Made by a program: the position numbers and the translations under genes. The notes beneath the pieces are model-generated. The model had not been told where the DNA came from. It ran no database searches and was given only the letters and a program-made list of their open reading frames with translations. 55,497 nt of DNA from a virus (Duplodnaviria > Caudoviricetes): the IMG/VR virus record IMGVR_UViG_3300047564_004158, positions 1 to 55,497 of that record; one strand, 5' to 3'. Below are positions 27,782-36,999 of this stretch, one piece after another (the stretch's first letter is position 1; every line of letters begins with the position of its first letter).

Positions 27782-28468
27782 ATGGCCAAAAGCAGTGCTA
27801 AAAAATTACGCAGCGTACAACGTGATAACGTTGTTCCCCTGGAAATAGGCTTTGAAAATGTAAAACCACTTAATTATATTCAAGGCGAATATTTACGGGC
27901 CATTCATGAAAATAGTATAATCTTTGGTATAGGCAGCGCAGGCACTGGCAAGACCTATATTGCAGCAACATATGCGGCCGGTGAGTTATTTCACCGCCGC
28001 ATTAAAAAGATTATATTAACAAGACCTAACATAGAAACTGGACGTGGACTTGGATTTTTACCAGGTACACTAGAAGAAAAATATGCGCCATACTTAGAAC
28101 CATTTGACCAAATCTTTACCAATAGTCTTGGTCGTGGCTTTTATGAGTATGCGCTAAGTAAAAAACAAATAGAACCTAAACCGCTGGGGTTTATGCGCGG
28201 ACTAACCTTTGATGATTGTATAGTTCTTCTCGACGAAGCACAAAATGCTACTAGAGATGAATTAAAAATGATCTTGTCACGCATAGGTAAAAACTGTAAA
28301 ATAATAATTAGTGGCGACCACGAGCAAAGTGATATTAACAATAGCGGACTCCTAGACGCTACGCAGCGACTAGAACATATTGAAGACATAGAAGTTGTTC
28401 GTTTTCGTGATGATGACATTGTTCGCAGCAAATTGTGTAAACAAATTATTATGGCTTATAAGCAATGA
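27782..28468 (+). CDS. phoH: PhoH-family ATPase
   Basis: GSAGTGKT, LTRP, GFLPG, FMRG.TF, DEAQN, GD..QSD, DIVRS motifs. Confidence 0.95.
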   Translation: MAKSSAKKLRSVQRDNVVPLEIGFENVKPLNYIQGEYLRAIHENSIIFGIGSAGTGKTYIAATYAAGELFHRRIKKIILTRPNIETGRGLGFLPGTLEEKYAPYLEPFDQIFTNSLGRGFYEYALSKKQIEPKPLGFMRGLTFDDCIVLLDEAQNATRDELKMILSRIGKNCKIIISGDHEQSDINNSGLLDATQRLEHIEDIEVVRFRDDDIVRSKLCKQIIMAYKQ

Positions 28469-28761
28469 GAATGCGTTTACCACCTAAAAATCGTAATCAA
28501 GGCATTTACTGGGTTAGATACTATTTAGATCACGTAGATCGACCACCAGCAAAGCCAAAAGTTACAAAACAAGATGAATATCGACAAACACTTGTACAAA
28601 TACTAGACTGCTTTGAGCAGTCTAGTTATCCACTGGACATAGAAGTTTTTATTCAAGAAGTACATAGACTGCTACAATTAAAGCGTATAACTAGCAAACA
28701 CATGGAAAAAATTAACTACACTATAGGTGTACTAACTAACAAATACAATCAGGAGTTGTAA
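28465..28761 (+). CDS. Hypothetical protein
   Basis: 98 aa, overlapping both neighbours. Confidence 0.55.
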   Translation: MRMRLPPKNRNQGIYWVRYYLDHVDRPPAKPKVTKQDEYRQTLVQILDCFEQSSYPLDIEVFIQEVHRLLQLKRITSKHMEKINYTIGVLTNKYNQEL

Positions 28762-29405
28762 TGGCTAAGACATATAAACCAACAAGTGGCATGGCCAGTG
28801 CCGCTAGACGAGCATTAAAGTGGAAAAGTGAAGGCAAAGCTGGTGGTACACTTGTTGGCTTAGCCAGAGCTAATCAGTTAAAAGATCGTGACCCACTGAG
28901 TGCAAGTGTAGTTCTACGCATGTACAGCTTTTTTAGCCGTCATGAAGTAGACAAAAAAGCAACAGGATTTTACAGCGGACAAGAAGGATTTCCTAGCAAA
29001 GGTCGCGTAGCTTGGGATCTTTGGGGTGGTGATGGCGGATATAGCTGGAGTAGTGCTAAGCGCAATCAAATTATGCGAGATCGTGAAAATAAAGCCATAC
29101 AGCTAGTACGTATAGCTCAAAAAGGCATGATTAGTAAACCACTACGTATGATGGCTGCACAAGTAATTGAAAACTATGCAAACCAAAATATCAGTGAAGA
29201 TCTAGAGGCATTTGGTCAATTTATGTATCATGCAGAATTGTTACGTAATGACCACTTAGATATTTACCTCCTAGACCTACACCGAGTAGATCAACCTTAT
29301 CGTGATATACTAGTAGAAGTATTTAGCCAGCTAGATGACATGCATGATGAGGATAATAGCGTAGATGATGAAGATAGTAGTGAAGATACGCCACTAACTC
29401 TATAA
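28761..29405 (+). CDS. Conserved phage protein of unknown function (RMYSFFSRH...GRVAWDLWGGD motif) with acidic tail
   Basis: GGAG SD; basic N-terminal domain; DEDNSVDDEDSSED tail. Confidence 0.7.
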   Translation: MAKTYKPTSGMASAARRALKWKSEGKAGGTLVGLARANQLKDRDPLSASVVLRMYSFFSRHEVDKKATGFYSGQEGFPSKGRVAWDLWGGDGGYSWSSAKRNQIMRDRENKAIQLVRIAQKGMISKPLRMMAAQVIENYANQNISEDLEAFGQFMYHAELLRNDHLDIYLLDLHRVDQPYRDILVEVFSQLDDMHDEDNSVDDEDSSEDTPLTL

Positions 29406-29407
29406 AC

Positions 29408-29443
29408 AAAAAAGCCCAGTAGATTGCTCTACTGGGCTTTTTT
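29408..29443. terminator. Bidirectional rho-independent terminator at the convergence of the + and - blocks
   Basis: aaaaaaGCCCAGTAGA-ttgc-TCTACTGGGCtttttt. Confidence 0.93.
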
Positions 29444-29444
29444 A

Positions 29445-29636
29445 TTACTCACTAGACTCTGATTCGGTAGCAGCAGCTTTTTCAGCAGCTTCCCTAGCAA
29501 AGTGTTCGTTGGCTTGAAGGTGAAGTTTTTGAATTATAGGGTTAGCAACTTTTGCAGGTAATTCTTGCAATCCGCTAATAATATAATTGATTTCGTCTAT
29601 ATTTAACTTCCAGCTGTATTCTTTAATTTCGTTCAT
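29445..29636 (-). CDS. Small conserved phage protein (EIN.I..GLQELP..V...I.KL)
   Basis: Start moved to ATG 29636 (ATGA overlap with the RNR stop). Confidence 0.6.
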   Translation of the reverse strand: MNEIKEYSWKLNIDEINYIISGLQELPAKVANPIIQKLHLQANEHFAREAAEKAAATESESSE

Positions 29637-31600
29637 TTTATTGGGCAAGCTCCGGTACTACAATCATCGCCAACAATTTCATCAAAACTGTTAGCATTTT
29701 CTAAATTTACTGGTTTTAGATTATAAACATAATCTTTATAAGTTTGCTCGTCTACAACTTCTTGTGGCAGATACAAGTAGCCTAAATCTTGCGCTGTTTT
29801 AGTAGGATCGGTTCTATAGATAAAGCTCACACCTACATAGCAATCCCAATTGTTAAGTAACCAGTCAATAATTTCTGTAATTTCGCCAGGGTCATAACTA
29901 ATAGTTACCGATGTGTTTTGTTGTGTCCAGCTAGTTTGCAGTAATTTATATCGTTCTAGCTGATAGACTGCGCTTTCAAGATTGACTTCTTTGCCGTTTT
30001 CTTTATGGAACGGTACATCTTTCCACTCTACAGGAAATGTTACTAGTACACCAGTAGGGTCTGTAGGATGATTCATTACCTTGTAGCCTGCTTCACGCAT
30101 TAGTGGAATAACAGGGTCATAGGTACTAAACTGCACATTATTGAAAATGTACTTGCCTAGTGGCTTGTGTACACCTTCTGTACAATCCATAATCTTTGAT
30201 AGCGTTCCCGATGGCTTAACGCATGTAACATTTTTAGGACGTGGTAGCCCTAATTCATCGGCCATGCTAATAGCAGCACTGGTTGCTGTACGCTTAAGAT
30301 ACTCATAGTCATAACTATTCATATCAGGACGCATTGCAATACCAGTTAAACCAACCCCGCAGAGACGTAGGAAATAGTTGTTAAGGTGCCATGCTTCTTG
30401 TAAGATCCCGTCTTTAAGATTAACACAGGTTTGGCGATAATTAGCCCTGGAAGCCAATCTGATCGCATCGTGTAATCCGGCAGTGTCACCTTTAAACTTG
30501 GAGATGTCCGTTTCTGTAAGGTTACAGAAGGACTTGTTGCCCAATAGGATTTCGACACATGGATTTGCTCCTTTAAACCACGGAGCACGTCTAAGAGCTT
30601 CTTGTTCATTGATAAATCCTGGTTCACTACCGCCAGCTTCTTGCATAAGATTAAATATATGCTTTAGTTCGCTTCTAGTTGGTTTTTCTTTAAATACTAG
30701 ACTGTTATTTGATTGTTGACGATGTTCGCGACCATACAACCAAAAGTCCTTTTTAGCTATTGCAAATTCTTCCCACTCCGGTTGACCATAGTCGAAAAGA
30801 GCGATTTCAGCCGATCTACGACTGGACAAGATCGTTCCGAGATGATTAACAATGTCAAGAATATCCATCCTAGTGAGAAGGCTATCAGCCCTACCATTAA
30901 GTATGTTGGCAATTGCAACATAAGCTTTTGAGATAGCGCTGTCACCACTGCTAATCCATCCATATCCTTTTAACCTTTCCCCAGCAGGTCTGAGCTGACT
31001 AAAATCAAGCACAAGAGTATCAGCAGGCCATTTGCCAGCAAGGAGCTTGCCGATAGATTTAGCCCAAGCCTCTGCACTGTCTCCAACTTGGATTGTCCAG
31101 GTTTTTGTACCCGCATCCCAGGTCTCAACATTGTGCTCAAGTCCACCCTTAGCTGTTCGTTGACTTTTAACAACTTGAATATTTTTGATTGGTTTTGAGA
31201 ATCCATTTAGTGTACCTACAATCGGTTTGAATCCTACTCCACATCCTTGCAATAGTAACCACAATACGTCAACTACATCGTAGACTGTTTCTACTTGTGT
31301 AAAGCTACAATTGAATTGGCTGGCCTCTCTGGTTTGCGCTACGTTTGTACCGCCTAACCACAGTGTGCGCCCACTCATTAGTACTTTTCTAGCTAGCATT
31401 AACTGTTCTAATTGTTCTAATTCTGCTACTTCATTAAAATATAGTTGACGACCTACACTACGTTCCCACAACCAGTGTTGGTGATCACGTACTCGTCTAA
31501 TTGTTTGCGCCCATGTTTCAAATTGTTTACCGTCATCACTAGTGGGTCTTGAATACGTTCTACGGGTAATTACCTGTGCGCGTGTGCTTGGCATTGTCAT
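29633..31600 (-). CDS. nrdJ: Class II (adenosylcobalamin-dependent) ribonucleotide reductase, monomeric RTPR type
   Basis: RRTY, GRTLW, FNCSF, LLQGCGVGF, RRSAEI, NPCVEI (catalytic), KPSGT and C-terminal CSTGACP motifs; no R2 subunit nearby. Confidence 0.9.
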   Translation of the reverse strand: MTMPSTRAQVITRRTYSRPTSDDGKQFETWAQTIRRVRDHQHWLWERSVGRQLYFNEVAELEQLEQLMLARKVLMSGRTLWLGGTNVAQTREASQFNCSFTQVETVYDVVDVLWLLLQGCGVGFKPIVGTLNGFSKPIKNIQVVKSQRTAKGGLEHNVETWDAGTKTWTIQVGDSAEAWAKSIGKLLAGKWPADTLVLDFSQLRPAGERLKGYGWISSGDSAISKAYVAIANILNGRADSLLTRMDILDIVNHLGTILSSRRSAEIALFDYGQPEWEEFAIAKKDFWLYGREHRQQSNNSLVFKEKPTRSELKHIFNLMQEAGGSEPGFINEQEALRRAPWFKGANPCVEILLGNKSFCNLTETDISKFKGDTAGLHDAIRLASRANYRQTCVNLKDGILQEAWHLNNYFLRLCGVGLTGIAMRPDMNSYDYEYLKRTATSAAISMADELGLPRPKNVTCVKPSGTLSKIMDCTEGVHKPLGKYIFNNVQFSTYDPVIPLMREAGYKVMNHPTDPTGVLVTFPVEWKDVPFHKENGKEVNLESAVYQLERYKLLQTSWTQQNTSVTISYDPGEITEIIDWLLNNWDCYVGVSFIYRTDPTKTAQDLGYLYLPQEVVDEQTYKDYVYNLKPVNLENANSFDEIVGDDCSTGACPIK

Positions 31601-32019
31601 AAATCTACCTCTTCTCGTTTCTGTTCTGATAAAATATCTCTAAATACTTGAACTAGAATTTCCCTATCCGGATTACTAAATTGGCCTTTGACTCCAGGCA
31701 GCCTAATTGATTTTATCTGCTGTCTATGTTCATAGTATTCTAATATAGTTTCTGCTTGAGATAACTTATCGATTAAGTATGGCTTTATTAATTTAATAAA
31801 CTCAATAGCATTTTCACCATAGAAAGAGTAAGCATATTGCGTTTTATTAATCTTTTGGGTCCTATTTGTAATTGAACCACCAAAAATACTTTGCAGCTTA
31901 AGCAAAACCTTTTTAGAGGTATTTACTACTCGTACATCTACTGCTCCATTTTTTGATATAGTAATGCAACCTTCTCCATCAAAAAATCCGGCAGCATATG
32001 CTATATCAATTTCTTGCAT
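31597..32019 (-). mobile_element. Free-standing single-motif LAGLIDADG homing endonuclease gene
   Basis: AYAAGFFDGEGCI motif, ..IKPYLIDK..QA; sits between dUTPase and nrdJ. Confidence 0.85.
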
Positions 32020-32027
32020 AATTGCTC

Positions 32028-32513
32028 CTATTTTCCAGTACTGCCAAATCCTCCAGTACCGCGTTCTGTATCATTCCAGCTGTCGACAAAATCACAGAGT
32101 ATAACTGGCATAATTACCAGCTGTGCAATTCTATCGCCAACATCTATTGTATATCTATTGTCACTAATATTTTTTAGTGGGATTTTTATATTTCCACGAT
32201 AATCACTGTCAATAACGCCTACGCCATTAAGCAACATAATTCCCTTTGAGCCTTGTCCCGATCTGTTAAATATAAACCCGCCGAAACCCTGTGGAATTTT
32301 TATGGCTACACCAGTATCTATAAGTTTTGTTTCGCCAGGATAGATTTCACACTTTTCAGTGCTGCGTAGGTCTGCTCCTGCATCGGTAGCATTAGCGCGT
32401 TTAGGTAAGTAAGCTGCGTTATCTACTCTACACTCTACAACTTGTTTAATCATTATATCACGGCTGTGATCGTAGCTACTGTTAATATTAAAAAATTGTG
32501 TACTATGTTTCAT
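32028..32513 (-). CDS. dut: dUTPase
   Basis: DAGADL, RSG, GVIDSDYRG, DRIAQL, RGTGGFGSTG motifs. Confidence 0.96.
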   Translation of the reverse strand: MKHSTQFFNINSSYDHSRDIMIKQVVECRVDNAAYLPKRANATDAGADLRSTEKCEIYPGETKLIDTGVAIKIPQGFGGFIFNRSGQGSKGIMLLNGVGVIDSDYRGNIKIPLKNISDNRYTIDVGDRIAQLVIMPVILCDFVDSWNDTERGTGGFGSTGK

Positions 32514-33346
32514 CGTATAGTTAGCTCTAAAATTTCATCAATTTGTTTACAATTTTCTGCACCTATTGCATCACGACAATAGGTAACAAGATCCATAAGT
32601 TGATAATTAAGCTCTAGCTGTTCTCGGTTTTGGTTGATCGCTTCAATATACTTGTAGCGACCTTGTAAGGGAATACTGTTAATAATATCCCAGGTAGTAC
32701 CGTACTCTTCAACAAGCTGCTGAGCACGCTTAGGTCCAACACCAGGCACACCAGGGACATTATCGCCACTATCGCCCATAAGACACTTAACAGAAATATA
32801 TTGTTCTGGTTCAAATGCGTAGTGATCATTCCAGCTATCCCACGTAACTTCTTTTCTAGTAACATAACTAAATCTCCCTACACCAGGCTTAATTAATAAG
32901 TCCCAATCTTTATCACTGCTCATTAACCAAATTTCATTTAGTGGAAGCTTACGTTTTTTGCCAACAATATAGGCAGCAATATCGTCTGCTTCAACTCCTT
33001 GAAATCGTAACACTGGATAGTGCTCACTAAGCAATTCAAGTGTACTAGTAAAATCTTCAAAGAATAGTTCAAACTCAAGTTGCTCGGCTTCGGTTTGTTG
33101 TTCGTACTTATCTTTACGATTTTGTTTGTATAGCGGATAAATAGCTTTGCGATAGCTGCTAGACCCTTGATCTGCTGCTATGATAACCCACTTGGCCTTA
33201 TAACTCTTTTTTAAGCTTTCAACAGTGCGTAAGTAGTCCTCTGCAAAATCTCTGGCTCCACTATGTTTATAGCGAAAAGCAAGATTAAGTGCATCGACTA
33301 TCATCAGTGTCTTTTCGGTTGTTTCAAATTCTGTAAAAGGTTTCAT
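32510..33346 (-). CDS. 5'-3' flap endonuclease (T5 D15-like)
   Basis: DALNL, YKQNR, EADD, SSDKD, GDSGDN.PGV.GVGPKRA motifs. Start moved to ATG 33346 because the track's TTG lies in the promoter -35 box. Confidence 0.93.
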   Translation of the reverse strand: MKPFTEFETTEKTLMIVDALNLAFRYKHSGARDFAEDYLRTVESLKKSYKAKWVIIAADQGSSSYRKAIYPLYKQNRKDKYEQQTEAEQLEFELFFEDFTSTLELLSEHYPVLRFQGVEADDIAAYIVGKKRKLPLNEIWLMSSDKDWDLLIKPGVGRFSYVTRKEVTWDSWNDHYAFEPEQYISVKCLMGDSGDNVPGVPGVGPKRAQQLVEEYGTTWDIINSIPLQGRYKYIEAINQNREQLELNYQLMDLVTYCRDAIGAENCKQIDEILELTIR

Positions 33347-33371
33347 ATCATTTTTTAGAGTGTAATCTATT

Positions 33372-33400
33372 ATTATATCACTGTTGATAAGCCGTGTCAA
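33372..33400 (-). promoter_or_regulatory. sigma70 promoter
   Basis: TTGACA-17 nt-TATAAT with TGn extended -10. Confidence 0.9.
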
Positions 33401-33858
33401 GATACAAATTTAATCGTGCTTATGTTAAGCCAATCTTCTAACAGGAAAATATAAAACTCATAATCGTCGGCATTATACATTAGCCAGCGTTTTTCAAGGA
33501 GTGCATCATCGTCAAATACGACAGTAGCCACAAATAATTTACTACGATCATGCTTGAATATAAGTAGTGGTAATTTATCTACTTGTGTGGCTTGACGCTG
33601 AGTTTGTTGCCACCACTCGATCAGTTGTGGAGTTTTGTGTGTTAATAATCCGCTATTAATGTGATCGTCTGCATAACCTTTTACTTCCACACAAAACCTA
33701 TTAGTTTGCCCAGGTACGTATAGGTCGCCCTTGAGCTGATGTTTAGGGTCAAGAGCACCTGACCCAGGTACCCTTTCCCAATTTAAGCCAGTATGCTTAC
33801 GCAGCATATCACGCGCAATAGTTTCAGTACGTGCACCTTTTTGACGACTATCTACCAC
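33397..33858 (-). CDS. D14-like PD-(D/E)xK endonuclease / Holliday-junction resolvase
   Basis: SRQKGAR.E, RVPGSGA, KGDL, VEVK, WWQQ motifs; GTG 33858 with GAGG SD. Confidence 0.85.
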   Translation of the reverse strand: MVDSRQKGARTETIARDMLRKHTGLNWERVPGSGALDPKHQLKGDLYVPGQTNRFCVEVKGYADDHINSGLLTHKTPQLIEWWQQTQRQATQVDKLPLLIFKHDRSKLFVATVVFDDDALLEKRWLMYNADDYEFYIFLLEDWLNISTIKFVS

Positions 33859-34033
33859 GGGTAGCCTCACGCACATGTTCGGCTAGTCTGTTCCAGTCAA
33901 TAGTACCGTCTGTGTTCATGTAAAGTGACTCCTTAGGCTGATCTTCTAGTGCGTGCTTTTCTAGTAGTTCTACTACTTTTTCTGTGCGTCTGCTACGCTT
34001 GCCCATAATTTTTTCATAATGTTTTTTACTCAT
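33848..34033 (-). CDS. Small hypothetical protein
   Basis: Start moved to ATG 34033 (MSKKHY), right after the D13 stop. Confidence 0.55.
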   Translation of the reverse strand: MSKKHYEKIMGKRSRRTEKVVELLEKHALEDQPKESLYMNTDGTIDWNRLAEHVREATRGR

Positions 34034-34034
34034 A

Positions 34035-35837
34035 TTATCCCTCAATACGAGATACGTTATTACGCTTGATAACATTTATTTTTTCCAATAGAGGATGGCT
34101 AAAACCGTGGCTGACTAGGAATGTGTTTAAATGTTCCTCGCCTAGTAATACTTCTACTAGCTTTTCTTTACCATCTACATCTAGTGCTTCTACAGTTTCG
34201 TCTAATATAAGTAGATTAATTCTGCTAGCACTAAGTGTTTGCATTAATTTTCTAATAGCAAGTAATGTTGCTACATTTACACGAGCTTTTTCGCCACCGC
34301 TAAGTGCGTTAATGTCAATGTCACGGCCGTTATCTGTAATGATAACATTAAGTTTATCACTACTATTTACTTTAAAGCCAATCTGAAATCTGCCATCACT
34401 TAAGTCTACAAGATACTTATTAGTAATATCTTCTAAATCTTTTACTAAGCACTCTATTTTGTAGGCTACTAGTCCAGTTGTTGAAAACGTTTTTGTTAGT
34501 ACTTGCAGTATACTCATGCGTTCATTCATAATATTAAGCTGAAAACTATGTTCTTCTAGCTCTGCACCCATCTCTTGCAACTGTTGTTTAATGGTTTCTA
34601 CACGGCTATTATGTTGCTGAACTTTTAAGTTATTTTCTTCTGCTAATTTAATACGCTGCTGAGTATCTTTAAGCGTTTTAGCTAAATCGTCATATTTAGT
34701 TTGTAGGTCATCTTTAACAAGTGTTTTCTGTGGCAGTGAATTATCCACCAATATATGAAGCTTTTCCCACTCCATTTGCTGCTTAACATTTTGCTGATAA
34801 AGTTTATCTTGCTGCTCTAGTTCATTACTGGCAACTAATACAGCAGCAGCACTTGCTCTTGCTGATTCAATTTCCTGACTTTTATCATTGATTAATTCTG
34901 CTACTTTTACACTGTCTATTTGACTAAAACAAGTAGGACATATGCCTTGTAAGCTGTTAAGTTTTTTAACAAATGCCTCACCATCACGCACAGTTTTCAT
35001 GTGCTCAGCTTGCTCTTGTTGTAGTCGCTTAATATGCTGCTGATCTATTTTAGCGGGACCTGGTATCTTTAGCTCTATACTATTAAGCTGCTGCTTGTAA
35101 GTATTATTTTGTATAATCTTACGATTAGTCTTGTCTAGATTAGCAATCTCTAGTTCTAGTTCGGCTACTTGTTTGGGTAGCTCGCTATCCAAGGTTTCTA
35201 CTATGTGAAAACTTTTTACAGTTAGATCAGTTTTTTCGTACTTGTCTAGCCAATTATTAATAGTAGTAATTTTAGCTTGACACTCGGCAATTTCTTTGCC
35301 TAGCCCTAAGGTAACTTCCTTAAAAACTTCGCTTGCACGAGTATACTTTGTTAAGTTTAAGATTTCTATAAGAAACTTTTTACGTGCTGTATCTGCACTA
35401 GTTAAAAACTCTAGACTACTAGCATTACTTTGGTAGACGATTTGTGCAAAGCTTTTGTGATCAATGCCTATAATATCTTCAATAATTTTATAGGTTTGTG
35501 TAGCTGTATGACCACTAATATCATTACCATTTTTTAACAATTTTACAGTTTGCTGTGCGCCACGATTGCAGCGTATAGTATACTCATTGCCATCACGTTC
35601 TAAGTCTAGTTCAATAGTATAGTTTTTATCTTTGATATATCTGTTTAATATATCTGACTTTTTAATACCTTTACTATTTTTATTAAATAGTACTTCTTCT
35701 AGGATAAGTGCTATGCTACTTTTTCCGTGACCATTTTTACCAACTAGTTGTGTTAGTGGGGCTTTTACAAAGTTGATAACATTACCAGCCCCATAACTAA
35801 AACAATTACTCCAACGTAGTTCTTTGATTGTTATCAT
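34035..35837 (-). CDS. SbcC/Rad50-like recombination ATPase (T5 D13-like)
   Basis: GKNGHGKS, CPTC hook, LSGGE, LDE, VSH motifs. Confidence 0.93.
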   Translation of the reverse strand: MITIKELRWSNCFSYGAGNVINFVKAPLTQLVGKNGHGKSSIALILEEVLFNKNSKGIKKSDILNRYIKDKNYTIELDLERDGNEYTIRCNRGAQQTVKLLKNGNDISGHTATQTYKIIEDIIGIDHKSFAQIVYQSNASSLEFLTSADTARKKFLIEILNLTKYTRASEVFKEVTLGLGKEIAECQAKITTINNWLDKYEKTDLTVKSFHIVETLDSELPKQVAELELEIANLDKTNRKIIQNNTYKQQLNSIELKIPGPAKIDQQHIKRLQQEQAEHMKTVRDGEAFVKKLNSLQGICPTCFSQIDSVKVAELINDKSQEIESARASAAAVLVASNELEQQDKLYQQNVKQQMEWEKLHILVDNSLPQKTLVKDDLQTKYDDLAKTLKDTQQRIKLAEENNLKVQQHNSRVETIKQQLQEMGAELEEHSFQLNIMNERMSILQVLTKTFSTTGLVAYKIECLVKDLEDITNKYLVDLSDGRFQIGFKVNSSDKLNVIITDNGRDIDINALSGGEKARVNVATLLAIRKLMQTLSASRINLLILDETVEALDVDGKEKLVEVLLGEEHLNTFLVSHGFSHPLLEKINVIKRNNVSRIEG

Positions 35838-35997
35838 TTTTCCAAAACTTCTTTTTATTTAAAAAGCCCAATTGCTCTACTAACAAGATTGCGTTCTTGG
35901 CTTGTTCATAGTAGTCAAACCAACGTTCTTGATCACCACACTCGCGTTCAGCCATTATTCTAGCTACATAGATCATATTTGGGTGATACTCATTCAT
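35806..35997 (-). CDS. Small hypothetical protein
   Basis: 63 aa filling the D12-D13 gap. Confidence 0.5.
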   Translation of the reverse strand: MNEYHPNMIYVARIMAERECGDQERWFDYYEQAKNAILLVEQLGFLNKKKFWKNDNNQRTTLE

Positions 35998-36949
35998 TTT
36001 CTATTTTATCCAGATGATTTTGCACCTCAACCGCAGCACGCTCTACAACCTCCTCAGGCAGGGCTAGTATATAACGTAAGTATTCGCGTACTTCTTCTAG
36101 GAGTGTCATCTCACTATCTAGCATAAGCTGTACATCGCTTGTGCGCTTGATTACCTTGCGGTCAATTAACTCACTGTCCTCCAACTCACCTAACTCTTGC
36201 AGGTCGCCCTCAACTTGATAAATTGTGTGATGATAGTCGGTTGGCGGTTTAGGGTCACTAGCACCAACAGTTTTACGTATAAGTTGTGGTAATTCTAGCT
36301 TAATCCAACTATGTTTTAGTGTATCTGTATCTAGTAAGATTACACCTGTGTCAACAGGTTGACGATGAAAGCTAGTAGTAACAGGGCTGCCGGGATAGAG
36401 AATATTGAGCTGACAATTTTCATAGCTATGTAGGTCTCCGGCTAAGACAACGTCCCAGCCACTAAAAATTTTTAAATCTACTTCAGGCGTTACATGTGGA
36501 GGTATTGCACCACGAACGTGTGTGCATAATATTTGACCACCTTCAGGCCAAGGATTGTTCTGTTCAAAGTCCTTGAGCTTGTTGTATGGAACAAACTCTA
36601 TGCCATAGTCGCTATAGTAGTCATCTACTACTATAACTTTGCGATTCATTAAATTAGTAGCTCGTGCTAAATTTGTTAAAAACGTTGTGGACTTTTTAAC
36701 AGCTTCATGATTACCGCTGTATATGATTGTGTTAATATTACAGTGACTAATCATATCAAAGTAAATCTCTAACTCATCCATACTAGGTAATTTATCAAAC
36801 ACATCTCCGCCTATTACAAATAAGTCAGCTTTAGTTTGTTGCTCAGCCAGTTGTTGCCACAACAATTTATATCTATTTCTAGCCCAATCTACAGGTACAT
36901 TCTTTTGCCCTAATTTTATATGAATATCGGCTGTAAATAATACTTGCAT
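35990..36949 (-). CDS. SbcD/Mre11-like nuclease (T5 D12-like)
   Basis: DIH, GDVFD, GNHE, THV, GDLH, YPGS metallophosphoesterase motifs. Confidence 0.93.
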   Translation of the reverse strand: MQVLFTADIHIKLGQKNVPVDWARNRYKLLWQQLAEQQTKADLFVIGGDVFDKLPSMDELEIYFDMISHCNINTIIYSGNHEAVKKSTTFLTNLARATNLMNRKVIVVDDYYSDYGIEFVPYNKLKDFEQNNPWPEGGQILCTHVRGAIPPHVTPEVDLKIFSGWDVVLAGDLHSYENCQLNILYPGSPVTTSFHRQPVDTGVILLDTDTLKHSWIKLELPQLIRKTVGASDPKPPTDYHHTIYQVEGDLQELGELEDSELIDRKVIKRTSDVQLMLDSEMTLLEEVREYLRYILALPEEVVERAAVEVQNHLDKIENE

Positions 36950-36967
36950 TGTTTTTCCAAATAGAAT

Positions 36968-36993
36968 GGCCCAGTAACCGAAATTACTGGGCC
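36968..36993 (-). terminator. Stable hairpin (weak terminator or processing/stability site) after D11
   Basis: Minus strand GGCCCAGTAAt-TTCG-gTTACTGGGCC; poor U-tail. Confidence 0.6.
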
Positions 36994-36999
36994 CTGTTA

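Noticed and set aside
33347-33400. N-terminal extension of the flap endonuclease in the ORF track
   Set aside because: The TTG start is the promoter -35 box; ATG 33346 lies downstream of the predicted TSS.
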